Positions 45,156 through 60,760 of a stretch of 64,000 bases of DNA are shown here, in pieces (within the stretch, counting starts at the first letter, position 1; every line of letters starts with the position of its first letter). Source of the DNA: the human T2T-CHM13v2.0 reference genome, Homo sapiens; NCBI RefSeq assembly GCF_009914755.1, contig NC_060940.1, one strand, 5' to 3'. The translations under genes were made by a program, and so were the position numbers. The notes beneath the pieces are model-generated. The model was not told where the DNA came from. It searched no databases and saw nothing but the letters and a program-made list of their open reading frames with translations.

Positions 45156-46054
45156 TTAATAAACCTTAAAGATCATTCTACTTCTAGTTTAATTTCTTCC
45201 TCTTTACATGGAGGAAAACTGAGATTAGGCATAATTTACTGACTTATCTAAACAAGTCCACTTTTATGCATTGTAGGTTTGAGGGATCGTTGGAAAGATC
45301 TTTTGCTCAAAAACATTCCTTTCATCCAACTGCCACAAAGCCTGAAATTTCACCATTAGCATTTTAGCCATCTTTAAAAATTGAACTAACACTTATCAAG
45401 ATATTTCTCAAAGCCCACTCTCTTTAAGCTAGAAATGACCCAGGGTCATCCTGAGAACCTCAAGCGCTGGGCTGGAGGGTGGTAAAAAAGAGATTCTGAA
45501 AGAAGTTGAAAGGAGACCTGGGACGTGCCAAAGACACATGCGTCCAACTTTAAAACTGTGTGACAGGCTGGCTATGCATTAGATTGTCCCACTGGGGCAG
45601 TTGTGCCTTTGTGCTGTTGCATAATACAGAAGGACAAAAAGCATAAATACTAACTGATCACTTCATTCAAAAGAACTTCCCAAAAGGAAGCCAGACCCCT
45701 TTGATGCTGCCTTATGCTTAGGCAAAGCTAAAAGTCGTTTTTATACTGTTGGTCAAGGGTTTTTCAACTGGATGCCTGGAAATGTTTTTCACAGATCTAC
45801 AAAGCATGGATCATACAACAAAGCCTCAAAATATACAGGGGCAAAAATCTAGCTGGGATTGTATCCATTCATATATACAAGTTGGTTCCACCACTGGGTT
45901 AATGCTAACTGCTGGAGTCCAGCATCTCTTGTATTAGATATATCTTTATCCGCTGACAGTTGAATTCGATCCACCTGCACATTATTTTGAGGACAGGTGT
46001 TGAGAGCTAACCAGTTGCTGGTATAGGCTAGTCTGTTTCCCCCAGAACACAATA

Positions 46055-46628
46055 TTGTCCTGTGCTGTGTAATGGTGTTTCGGTCAACGACAGGCTGCAT
46101 ATATGACAGTGGTCCCATAAGATTATAATGGAGATGAAAAATTCATATCACCTAGTGACACGGTAGCCATTGTAACACTGTAGTGCAATTACTTTATTTT
46201 TTATAAATTTAGCATGGCCTAAGTCTACAGTGTTTATAAAGTCTCTAGTAGTATACAGTAATGTCCTGGGCCTTCACCTTCACTCACCACTCACTCACTG
46301 ACTCACCCAGAACAAATTCCAGTGCTGCAAGCTCCATTCACAGTAAGTGCCCTATACAGGTGTACCATTCTCTACTTTTTATACCATAATTTTACTGGAC
46401 CTTTTCTATATTTACATATGCAAATGCTTACCACGGTGTTACAATTACCTACAGTATTCAGTGTGATACATGCTATACCGGTTTGTAGCCTAGGAGCAAA
46501 AGGCTATTCCATATAGCTTATACCATCTAGGTGTGTGTAAGTACACTCTATGAGGTTGGCACAATGATGAAATAGCCTCATGATGCATTTCTCAGAACAC
46601 ATCCCCATCTGTCACCAACACATGACTG
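46055..46628. mobile_element. Tigger3 (Golem) deletion derivative with TA TSDs
   Basis: gtttcggtcaacgac...gtggtcccataagattataatggag...gcatttctcagaac...catgactg|ta. Confidence 0.9.
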
Positions 46629-47377
46629 TAAAATTCAACATCCAATCATTTGACTGATTTAGTTTAGAAGATCAGAATCTAAAGAAATTTTTTTTAAACT
46701 TCTGGAAAAACAGGGGTTAAAATTCTGGCACTTTTCTTCAAACATCAATATTTGTGACTTATTAATTACCAATGGATGATCACCAAACGAGGAAGGATCT
46801 TCCCATCAGAGTCTAATTAGTTTCATTGTCTTTTTTTTTTTCTGGATTCCATTGTATTTCACTCTACCCTTCGGCTGCCTGTTTTAATTAATGTTGCACT
46901 ACATTCAAAGGTTTTGCTTTTGTGCCTCTCTGTTTGATTTAAATTCCTTTTTGCAAATAAATAAATAAATAAATAACTATCAAAGCTAATGAGGCTCTGA
47001 AGATTTGAGATGTAAATATCATATGCAGATTCTTTTTTGGTCCCAGCTCAGCGGAAGACCAAAAATAACACTTGAAAGTTTGATTAAGAAATCTCAGGCT
47101 CCCCATCTCATGCCTCCCTCCAGACAATCTTTCTGCTGGCATTTTCAGTTATTTGACAAAAAAAAAATCAAGCCCCCCAAACCCAAAACCTCAAGAGCAA
47201 GCTCCTTTCAAGACTGGCTCAGATGGGCACGGTATTGTGCTGAGCTGCTATTTAAGATACAGCCCGGACTGATTGATTCCTGTCTGTCTTGAGAGATCTG
47301 TGCATGTCAATGCATCCACTCACCACACACACACACACACACACACCTTCATATGCATCCACAGACACACAAAATTA

Positions 47378-47708
47378 TTTTCACACACAAACTCATCCAT
47401 ATTCATACACGCATACCCTCATGACCACTCACCAATGAAAACTCGAAACACACATATTTCCACACATGCAAACTCATCCATGTTCATACACACATACCTT
47501 CATATACACTCACCAACACAAACTCACAACACACATTTTCACACATGCAAACTCATCCATATTCATACACACATACCCTCATACACACTCACCAATAAAA
47601 ACTTGCAACACAGACATTTTCACACATGCAAACTCACCCATATTCATACACACATACCCTCATACACAGTCACCAACACAAACTCACAACACACACATTT
47701 TCACACTC
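47378..47708 (+). repeat. CA-rich minisatellite, ~80-bp unit x4
   Basis: aaactca(t/c)ccat anchor at 47389, 47470, 47549, 47630. Confidence 0.9.
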
Positions 47709-49621
47709 ATATGTGCGCGAACTCACACACTGATATACACATACTCACCCACATGTAAGTAGACTCATACACATTCCTGCATGCATTCACACACAGTTTC
47801 CATATGCACACACATTCTCCCACACACCTGACACATACATCATGCTTTCGCAGATCAAGTTTCCAGTTTCACATCTGTGTCACCTCCAGTACATTTTCGT
47901 ACACACCCTCAAAAGACATCTCTGCAAGAAATTCCAAGACTCCCCACCCCCTTCCTGGCCCACCATCGTCCTTTTGGGTGTATTCAGGGGCAGCCTGGGG
48001 CACAGTTATTAAACTGTATCCCAAAGAGCTCTTCCACTATGCAATCTGCTTTTGCCTGAGATCTCTGTATCCTTTACTGAGAAAGTCTGATTCATTTCCC
48101 AGAAATTTTTATCTGCTATTAATCTTTCAGGATATAGTTAGTGTTGTGATATATTCAGATATTGTTTTTGGGTGGCAGGGGGAGGGGAGGGCAGATTTCA
48201 AGTGGCCGTCCCCTGGCAGTTTCAGAGATTACTCAGTGCTTATAAGCAGCTCAGAACTGTGTGACAGCATTTCCAAGCAAGGGACTTACAATCATGTTTC
48301 ATTAATTCGACGTGAATGAAGCCTCATTTCTGGCCTTGAGGAGCTTAAGATGTATGTGAAATTAATAACAGAACAGATGTCTTCACAATTTGGTTCCTCT
48401 GGAAAAAAAAAAAAAAAAGGAACCTGATTACTTTGAAAATTTCAATGCTTTAAAATGCAGACCCAGGGAGTTTTTACTCCAGGGTAAAGAGTTATGCCTT
48501 GATATCGTCCACGTCTCATAACTAAGTGGAATTTAAATGTCAGGTTTATATTAAATAGTCATATTCCCCATCATGACATATAATAAACAACAGCTTATTA
48601 CTTTCATTAATAAGATGTGTTGGACATTTAAACTAAAGCTTTGGAGATAAAGCCTGTACCTCCTGAGCAGGAGGTGCTGGGGAGACACAGGGGACACGTC
48701 GGGGAATACTCAGGCAGCCTGGTTTTTAGCTTTCTGATAATTTAATCATTGATTCCTCATAGGAAAACAAAATGCATCTGTGCTCACACAAAACTCACCA
48801 CTTTATAAAGAAGTTGAGCCATCTCCCACGGATGTGTGTGCCGGAGGCCGAATGTTGTGTTTCACAGGACACTTGAAGTCCTGCCTCTTTATTATTTCTT
48901 CCTGCCTGAAATCTTGTTTCTTTATCTAGGCTTCTGTGACACTAAGTGCCCCTCAAGCTGAATTTTAACTACTCCTCAGGGCGCAAGTGTGACTGCACAC
49001 CAGGGGGGCTGGGTTTTTATTTCTGAAAGTCCAAAGAGGAACAGTGTAATGGAAAAATTACCCAAAGGGAAGTTATTCTGGAGGAGCAGGAAGAGAGAGC
49101 AAAGGCCCCCAGGCACATGGCCAGGAGTTCCCCTTGCCCTGGGTAGACAAGTGAATGAAGCTTTCAGGGGAAAGCAGTGCTAAATGGGGAAGCCCAGGGT
49201 TCACGTTAGGTCTCAGAATCTGGTCTACTGTAATGACCATAACAACCACTGTAATGACCCTTCTCTCTTTCCAGGGCCACTACGTGTCCTTGAAACTGTC
49301 AACTTCCCCACTTTCCCCCATGGAGAAAACAAGAGCATTAGACCAAATGACCTGCCAGCTTCTCACTTTGACATTCTCCATATCCTCTAAATTTGGCTTC
49401 CATGACATTTATTTTACTATGTCTACCTACTCCTCTCCACCTCCTTCCTCTCACAACTGGACTGGGTGTGGGGTGCCATGGTACAGTCACCTCTGCTGAT
49501 TGCCCCAGATACAAAGGTCAAAAGAAGCTCGCAGGGCAGGAGGTCTTCTCTGGTCCCAGCTCTCCCTAGGGATGTGGCCTGGGGTAAGATGCATGCTGTG
49601 GGTGCCAGGCGTGGTGGCTCA

Positions 49622-49923
<302 letters not shown>

Positions 49924-50409
49924 AAGATACACGGTGTGTTTGACCCTCGGATTTTTTATGTGAAAAGGGGTGGAATGACCCTCACCCAGGACTGTCATGA
50001 GAATGATATGAGCTGGTGCACATGCGTTTGGTACAGAGCATAGAAGCATAAAAGCTCCTGTTAGTGTTCACAGCTAGGGATCACAAGCAATGTGCAGGAG
50101 AGAGGTATCCCGGGGTGACTGCACTTTTAGAAACTCCCTGGGCACTGGTGTTGAAGGAGCATTGTCTAAGTCTTCCTTATTCTTGACTGATATGGTGGCT
50201 GTGTGTGCACAGCAGTGGAGACCCGGGTCAGGATGCGGAAGGCGGGCCCCATCCAAGGGAGTGGGGGCAGCTCAGTGTCAGGCACTTATCACCCTGGGTG
50301 TGTATCCCAGTGGCGCTACGTAGCAATGCCAGGCCTTCTCCCTCTTCAGGGAAACCAGGAATGTGGAATTTTATGTGAAAGCTTCTAAGTTTTGAGTAGA
50401 GATCACTAC

Positions 50410-50575
50410 AAGTCTGCAAGCTATTCCTTGAAACCACTGGGGCCAGTGGTATTTCAGTATTTAAATTTTCAGATTTAAAAATATTATACAATGAGATCAC
50501 CATTTATAACGTGACATCTCCAAGGGGGGTCTGGGAAAACATGTCACAGCCAAGCCCATTAATAATTTGGCATCA
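50410..50575. mobile_element. MER46C-like Tigger fragment
   Basis: aaaccactggggccag...tttcag...gggggtctggg...cattaata. Confidence 0.55.
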
Positions 50576-50829
50576 AAATAATTATACTCATGAAGAGTGG
50601 TGAGACATGGGACTCAACACTTTCTCTCCTTGTGGGGACCAGGCCAAGCCCCCACCACACTAGCAGAGTCAAGGTGACTGTGGCTGAGGCCTTGTGACCC
50701 AGTTTCCTGCAGCCAGCCCCACTCACTCCCAGGAGAATCATAGAAGCCATAAAGCTTTGGGATTCCTGAACTGAAAAGGCCATGACAACCACTGTGTAAA
50801 CCCCATAAACACTGCATAAGGTCACCACA

Positions 50830-51320
50830 CAGCTCCAAGTGACAGAATCCCAAGCCAAATAGGCTTAAATGAAGAACAGCAATAGCAATCAAGTTTATTA
50901 GGTTATAGGAGAGAAAAGTACAGAGGTGTCTGTTCAGGATCACCTGGATCCAGGTGCTCCAACAATGGCCCCTGGAGTCAGTTTTTATCTCTCTGCTCCA
51001 CGTTTGGCTGTGTTGCTTCCTTACTCACACAGATACTTACCTCATGGTAGCAAAAAGGCTGCCAGAAGCTTCAGCTCCACATATTTCTGGGATTGGTCCC
51101 CTGGGAAACAGCATCTGTTCTGTCCCTAGAACAAAAGCCATGGGTTATCGCTAGGGCTCTGAAGGGGTCCTTTGCCCATCCTGGAGCCAATCACAGCAGT
51201 CTAGGTTCCCCGCCGGCCTGGAACTAAGGATAGGTTCCTTCTGGCCCATTCTACCCAGAGTTCAGAGCCAGAGAAACTGAATGGAGGCCTGGGTGGGGGC
51301 AAAACCGTAGGTGTCTATTA
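50830..51320 (-). mobile_element. MLT1J/K-like LTR
   Basis: caagtgacagaa...ggcttaa...tttatt...ggatccagg..ctc...gcccatcctggagccaatcac. Confidence 0.6.
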
Positions 51321-52269
51321 CCAGGGTGACGCAGGGAACCCTTTCATTTCAGCAGAGCAGACAATGAAACTAAGAAAGGAGGTGAGATTTGGCCAGAGTC
51401 ACACAGCAGGGTCACTGGCAAAGTCAAGGTTGTGACCCCGACATCTCACGGTTTGGAAATCCCTGCATTGTACCACATGTGATTAATGGAGCCTGCTTGG
51501 AAGCCTTCCCCCATTTCCTATGTCTCCTCTCCCCCCGAGGGGGAAGAGATGAGGAAAACCAATATGCTAACAAGCACACGCCCCCATGAGCGTGCACGCG
51601 CGCGCATGCGCACACGCACACACAAGCACATAAGCCTTATGAGCAAAAAGATCACAGCACTCTTATTAGCAAGCTTGTGCCAGAGTAACCACAATTTATC
51701 TTTTCTTCTCTTATACATCCCTCATCTCTGGAGAGGTCTCTACTGAGTCCAGCGCAGAGTTAGCACCCAATAAATGTCGCCATTATTATTGTTGTAATTA
51801 TTATTTCTCATACTATGAATTACTCTCTTCCACACTCTCCTTGGCCTAATCTGTTAATTTACCTTGAGGTGCAAATGATTAAGCAGAGTGAGTATGAATG
51901 GCCAAGCAGAAGGACCAAGGGAGTTGGCATTTTTAATAAGAGCCAGAGCCTGAATTCAGCAAAAGGCATAAAACCCTCATAATTATTAATGTGCATAGCT
52001 CTTTCCAGTTTATAGACTGGTTTCTCATTCACCTCATTTGATTTTTAAAAAACAAAAAATAAAACCGGAAAACAACCCTGTGAGTGAGATTAGAAGGGAA
52101 TCATCTCCAACCACAGATAAGAAAGCCAAGCACTCCCGAAAAAACATTTAGCTAAGGTTTTCCAGGTTTTCCTGGGAGATCTGGGATAGAACTGGAGTCC
52201 TAGTTTAGAAGCATTTTACTAAATGTACATGTGTATGCATGCATGCACATAAGCATCCACACACACTCA

Positions 52270-52566
<297 letters not shown>

Positions 52567-52570
<4 letters not shown>

Positions 52571-52768
52571 AGAAAAGAAGAAAAGAAGAGAAAAGAAAAA
52601 AGAAAAGAAAGAAAGAAAGGAAAAAGAAAGAGAGAAAGAAATGAAAGAAAGAAAGGAAGGAAGGAAGGAAAGAGAAAAAAAGAAAGAAAGAAAATAAAAG
52701 AAGGAAGGAAAGAAAGAAAGAAAGAAAGAAAAAAAAGAAGGAAAGAAAAGAAAGAAGGAAGGAAGGAC

Positions 52769-52822
<54 letters not shown>

Positions 52823-52944
52823 GAAGGAGGGAGGGAGGGAAGGAAAAGAAAGAAAGAAAGAAAAAGGAAGGAAGGAGGGAGGGAGGGAGGAAGGAAGGAA
52901 GGGAGGAAGGAAAGAAGGAAGGAAGGAAGGAAGGAAGGAGAGAT
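52567..52944 (+). repeat. Alu-tail-derived complex (GAAA)n/(GGAA)n/(GGGA)n polypurine STR
   Basis: (GAAA)13 at 52770-52821; almost pure purine. Confidence 0.95.
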
Positions 52945-53945
52945 ATTGCAATACAAATAAACAATGTATTTAAAAGCTCACCAAGTCATGAACACTCATA
53001 GGGCCTTACTTACATTACCCATGCCCTGATTTAACTTTGCATAACAGTATTAAAAGCTCCTTGGGCCACAGCAAGGCCACCACATTGACCTCTTTTCCTA
53101 CCTCCCAGTTTTATTTATCTCAATTATGATGAAGACTCTTTTCCCTTTGCTAACAAGAACTCTATTCAATTCAATGAACATTTACTGATCTCCTAGAAGG
53201 TAATTAGTATCTCCATTTTACTGACAAGGAAACAGAGATTCAGAAAGAGTTTAAGTAACATGTCTAAAGTTGTACAGCTAGACCTAACCATTTCCTCCTG
53301 TCGTCGTCTGGCCCAGGTGACCTGTCATTTGATTCTACCCAATTTCTCTCTTTCTGAAACCAGGAAGCATGGGTGTTCAGGTCCTAATCATGAAAAAAGT
53401 GGGAAGAAAGTGGTTTTTCCTGGCCCCCACTTCAGGCCAAGTCAGGTGCATTCATTCACTTGACAATATTTACTGAGTCCCTACTATGTGTTAGTTCTCT
53501 TAGCCTTGAGGTTTTGAAGGGTTCGCAGGGTAGAAGAGAAAAGAGAGAGAACAGTCCTTTTTAATTAAAGTATAATTGATTCCATAAATGTTTGTTCTTG
53601 GGCTAAAGCCTATATTGGCAAACACCAATGGAAAAATAAGTTCAAGAATCAAACCAGCAGTATTGTATACATATCTCATCTACATCTATATCTATATATA
53701 TTTATGCATAATATTCTATTTTAGTAGGTAATACATACATGTGGTGGAAAATTTTAAGTTGCAAAGTCTCTTTCACATACCAGCCACCCAGTTTCACCCC
53801 TTAGAGACAATGACTTGTTTCTCATGAGTCTATCTAGAGAAAGTGAAGCATGTACTATTGAGTCTGCTTATTTCTCCAGAACCTTTTCAAAAAATATACT
53901 GTCAAACTTTGTGATATTTGCCAATCTGGCCAATGAAAAATAGTA

Positions 53946-54608
<663 letters not shown>

Positions 54609-56107
54609 AATTTCATTTTCCTTGAGTGGCTTGCTCATATTCTCAGCACATTTTTCTGTTCAGTCATTTAACTTTTTCTTATTGATTTATAGAAATTCTT
54701 TATGCATTCAGAAAATTTGTTATTGTAAGATGGGAGCTGCAAATATTTTTCCACATTTATTTTGCTTTACTTTAATGTTTGCTTTTTTGTTATGCAGCCT
54801 TATAAAGATTTTCTTGTAGGCAAATTGATCAATGTTTTCTTTTATGGTTTCTGATGATTCAGTCATATTTTGAAAAATCTTACCAATTCTGAGATTATTT
54901 TAAAGTTTCTCTATATTTTCTTCAATTCTTTTATGTTTTAGTGTATGTATAAAAACATTGATTCATCTGGAATTTATTTTTGTATAAGTTGTGAGGTAGG
55001 GATCCAACTTTATATTTTTTCCAGATGAGTACCCACTTATTCCAAATATTTATTAAAAGATGTATTAAATGAGCCTTCTTTACCCTAGTTTTTGAAGTTC
55101 CCAAACTTTAATAGCAGCTGTTATTTCAGTATTCTTCACTTATTTCATCGCTGGAAGGTTATATAATGATCTCGAACTGATAATACCACTCACAATGCTT
55201 GTGGAAGCCATTTTGCACAAAGTTTAGATGATATAGATAAAACTACTTTGATGAAGAACAAGGGCAGTAAGTACACACCAACCAAAGAGCTACATCCAAT
55301 TGATGTTATAAATAAAAAACATGGTGGGAATACTTCACATTATGCAACTCTGATTGTGTTTAGGTTTCAGCCACCAAGAGAAAAAAATATTTAAATACCA
55401 AAACGGGATATGAAAGTGCATTGCTCTGTAAGCAAAAATTTGTCACACGAAAGTTGAGGAGGGTCTTATGTGAAATGCAATTCCTAGTACACGTCAACTC
55501 ATCCCTAGCTAGGACAGCTTCCAGAACGTGCTGCTAAACTTGAGGTTGTGACCCTGCAGCCATGACACTCAACCGCCCCTCAACCAGAGCTCACCTCATT
55601 GCTCTACAGCAACAGTTTTAACTACTGGAGCCTGCCTGGAGCTTGAGGTGATCCTCGGACCTGCCTCCCACCAGGGAAGGCCTAAGTGCTCTTTAATCTT
55701 CTTAGAGCAAAATCCACTGAGCAAAATTATAATTTGATATGGCTGCACTTAACCAATAGAAACTCATAAACCATCTTAACATCATAATGCATTGTGAAAA
55801 AGAATTGCTAAGTACCATGAAACATATGAGAACCCCAGGCTTCCATTCATCTCTAGCTTTATGCTAGGGCAGCATATTAAAGTGATTTCAACTTCAGAGC
55901 AGAGCTCCCCAAAGAGTGCGCCAGTCTTAATTAAAATGTCAATGAAATACAAAAGTGCATAAGGGACACTTTCCGAAATCATTCCTTTTTAGCTTCTGGA
56001 TGGCCGGCTCATCCTTTCCTCAAGTCTGCCTGCATGCCTACTCAACACAAGCACCCAAACTACCTTTCTTTTCTGCCATGAGGGAGCCCTTACTTAGACT
56101 TTGCGGC

Positions 56108-56444
56108 TTTTTGTTGTTGTTGTTGTTGTTGTTGTTTTTGAGACGGAGTCCCACTCTATTGCCCAGGCTGGGGCGCAGTGGTGTAGTCTTGGCTCACTGC
56201 AACCTCTGACTCCCAGGTTCAAGCAATTCTCTTGCCTCAGCCTCCCGAGAAGCTGGGATTACAGATGCCTGCCACCACGCCCAGCTAATTTTTTTTATTA
56301 TTTATTTATTTATTTTGTATATTTAGTAGAGATGGGGTTTCGCCATGTTGGCCAGGCTGGTCTCAAACTCCTGACCTCAGGTGATCCACCCACCTTGGCC
56401 TCCTAAAGTGCTGGGATTATAGGCGTGAGCCACCGCACCCAGCT
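56108..56444 (-). mobile_element. AluS with a (TTG)n tail
   Basis: Full dimer. Confidence 0.93.
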
Positions 56445-56679
56445 GCCTAGACCTTTTACCATTCCCATGGGAGACTGGAGCGAGGTGGGCTGCAGAGTCT
56501 TCTCTGCATCTTAAGTTAAGGCATTGGTTAATGTCGCCTGGGTGCGCAACCCAGAACTGCAGAATGCCGGATGAAGGGGAAGATTAGGGCAAAGTAAGAA
56601 AACACCAGCCTCAGACTGGCTGGTGCAGCATCAGCAAACTGAAGGGAACGAGAGTGACAAAAGATTTTCTTTAAGTTAA

Positions 56680-57170
56680 GAGTTGATAATGCAGATACCT
56701 ATGGGGCTGACCAAGTGATGTAGCTGAGGATATTGGGGAGGTGTGGGGACAGTAGGGAATGGTAGGGACTGTGGTGAACCAGAAATCATTCTCCCTTCAA
56801 AAGGAGCAGCTGCTATTCAGCTTCAAGATTGTTTTCATGTGGAGTGCAAACCTGGTGTTACTATGTCTTTTGATTTTTTTTTTTTTTTCAAGAAAAGCCA
56901 GAGCCAGCTGTGGTAGCACTTACCTGTAATTCTAGCTACTTGGGAAGTTGAGGCAGGAAGATTGAGCCCAGGAGGTTGTGGTCAGTCTAAGCAACGTAGC
57001 ATAACCCTGTCTCTTAAAAAAAAAAAAAAAAAGAATAAAAGCCATAAATCTGCACTTTTAAGATGTGAAATCTCCTGATTTTGTACTGGCTACTAATTAT
57101 TTGAAACCTTTGTGAGGGTCAACTGTATTATACACACACAAAATATATGTGGACAAACTCCGGCCTTCAA
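56680..57170 (-). mobile_element. MER102, interrupted by a FLAM
   Basis: tagggaatggtagggactgtggtgaac...gcagctgctattcagct...caagaaaagcca | atgtgaaatctcctgatttt. Confidence 0.7.
56902..57032 (+). mobile_element. FLAM-like Alu monomer
   Basis: Single monomer with poly-A; aaaagcca on both flanks. Confidence 0.8.
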
Positions 57171-57221
57171 TCCTGGGAGGGGGCTGTTAGGCCTCAGCTT
57201 TGTACCTTTTCTTAATTTTAG

Positions 57222-57470
57222 TATCCATTCATCCATCCCTCCATCCATCCCTTTATCCATCCATCCATCCATTCATATATCCATCCATTCATCCATCCAT
57301 TTATGTATTCATCCATCCATTCATTTATCCATCCATCCATTCACTCATCTATCCATCCATCCATTCATTCATCCATCCATGCATTCATCCATCCATCTAT
57401 TCATTTGTTCATTCACCTATTCATCTATTTATACGTCCATCTCTGCATCTATTTATCTACTGAATATTTA
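57222..57470 (+). repeat. (TCCA/TTCA)n degenerate STR, probably an L2 tail
   Basis: Direct reading; ends tgaatatttattagtgcc. Confidence 0.85.
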
Positions 57471-57651
57471 TTAGTGCCTTCAGGTGTAAGATAATGAGAT
57501 AGAAATGGGAATGAGTCCAACCCCAAATCCAATCTCATCTCCAGCCTTATCCTGGTCCTATTCTTGACTTTGGAGAGGGAGACAGCCAGGTATACGTTTT
57601 AAATAATATTGTGTGCATACTTTTACAGGCCAGAGATTAAAAGTCAATGCT

Positions 57652-57997
<346 letters not shown>

Positions 57998-58275
57998 TCA
58001 GTTGTGTGTGACCTTGAGCGAATGCCTTTCCATCTTTAGGCTTCTCCTTTTCCATAGCACAAACCAGAGAAACATTTATGAGACTTTAAGTTGGCACAGT
58101 GGTGATTTCTGCTCAGTCCTTGATCTCATCTCAGGCCCAAGGCCAATGCTGATCTTTGTGCTGACATCACCTCTGTTTAGAGAGCTTGTCTTAATAGGCT
58201 TCTCCTGCTTGAATCTGCCCATGACTTCCTCCTTGTGCCCTGCCTGGACCATAGCCACAAGAAATGCTTCCATAA

Positions 58276-58749
<474 letters not shown>

Positions 58750-59079
58750 GGAGGCACGTACTTTTAATAACGCGGGGAAGGCAGGCCCTGCCTCACAGGT
58801 GGTGGCCCTTCTTGCTGTTGATGTGAGGTCCCTGGGAAGATGCCAGCCATAATCATCCACCACCTGATGCCACAGACAGCTTGTGAGGGCAGTGCCCCTT
58901 GACTCCCACTTCTGCATCCCTGGTACCTTTCACAGAGATGGCACATAGCAGGGCAACGTTGGTAGATTAACTGACTCACTGGGGAAAGAATCGTTTCACT
59001 GATGGAGAATTCAGGAGCCAGAAAGGAGAAGAAACTTGCCTAAGGCCTGTTCCTCTCTTCTCCCTCTCACTGTCTTCAT

Positions 59080-59930
59080 ACACACCACGTGCGCGCACAC
59101 ACACACACATACACGCACACATCCAGATACCAGACAGGCACATACAGTCACACAGATGCTCACACAGAGATACTCAGTTCCCAGACAGACACAGTCACAT
59201 GCAGACACTCACACTTACACATAAACACTCAGATACCAGACAGACACACACACTCACACTCAGGCACTCACATTCACACATAAACACTCAGATACCAGAC
59301 AGACACACACACTCACACAGGGACACTCACACACTCACACACTCAGAATGGAAACATACACACATGCACGGACTGCTATAGTCTAAATGTCAGTATTCCC
59401 CAAAATTCCCATGTTGAAATCTTAACTCCCAAGGTGATGGTGTTAGGAGGCAAGGCCTTTGGGTGGTGACTGGGTCATGAGGTAGGAGCTCTTGTGAATG
59501 GAATCAGTGCCCTCATAAAAGAGGCCAGAGAGAGACCTCTTGTCTCTTCAACTACATAAGGACATAGCTGGAAGTCACTGTCTGTTAACCAGAAAGGGAT
59601 CCCCCACCAGACACTGAATCTGCTGGTGCCATGATCTTGGACTTCCCAGCCTCCAGAACTGTGAGCAATAAATTCTGTTATTTTAAGTAACCCAGTATAT
59701 GAAATGTTGTTATGGCAGCCCAAATGGACTAAGACACAGGCACACATACACAGACAGACACATAGACACACCCCTAGAGATACATGCTTACACACTCAGA
59801 CACACATATGTACAGACCACATACACATAGATACATGTATACATAAACACATGCACACAAACGTGTATATACACAGGCACATAAAGACACACATATAGAC
59901 ACACACTGTCACACACACATACACATATAG
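59080..59930 (+). repeat. CA-rich degenerate tandem repeat (includes a ~60-bp unit), split by an LTR
   Basis: cacataaacactcagataccagacagacacacacactcacac occurs twice. Confidence 0.8.
59374..59736 (+). mobile_element. MSTD/MLT1A MaLR solo LTR
   Basis: tgctatagtctaaatgt...ttggacttcccagcctccagaactgtgagcaataaatt...ggactaagaca. Confidence 0.88.
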
Positions 59931-60387
59931 ACCTTCTCTAATCTTTTCCCTGCCTTTTGCTCCTGGAAGCCACTCCTGTATCAACAGCAATTCACCCAGT
60001 CCTCTTGCTCAAACTCATTGTCCCAAGTGCAGAGGTGCCCTCTCTCTTACACCTCTGTCAAAGTTACACACGTTGTCAGGTTCATGCTAAATATTTGACT
60101 TCTCATTCAAGTTGCCCCTCTCAGGAAAACCTTATCCTTGAAACAGAGGTCTTCCTCCTGGGCCTTAGGAAAAAGAATCAACCTGGAAGGACATTTCCAC
60201 TGGTGGGGAGAGATTTCCTCATCATTCTTCAAATCCAGTCTTCAGGAAGCATTTAATTCTCTTGAGACATGAGTAGGGAACACACCAATTCATGGCTTTG
60301 GCCAGCCTTGACCTTGAGCTGGATAAAACATTTTTGTCCAGAGTTGTAAAAATGCAATGTAGCTTTTTTGATGAAAAGCTTAAGATG

Positions 60388-60760
<373 letters not shown>

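Noticed and set aside
47378-47708. CRISPR-like periodicity
   Set aside because: Whole units are repeated, with no unique spacers and no cas genes, in a eukaryotic context
47273-48319. His/Thr-rich ORFs of 98-171 aa
   Set aside because: Arise from the CA-rich minisatellite and adjacent unique DNA; no recognisable domain
56735-56767. G4 pattern inside MER102
   Set aside because: All loops are 6-7 nt, so likely weak, and it is transposon-derived
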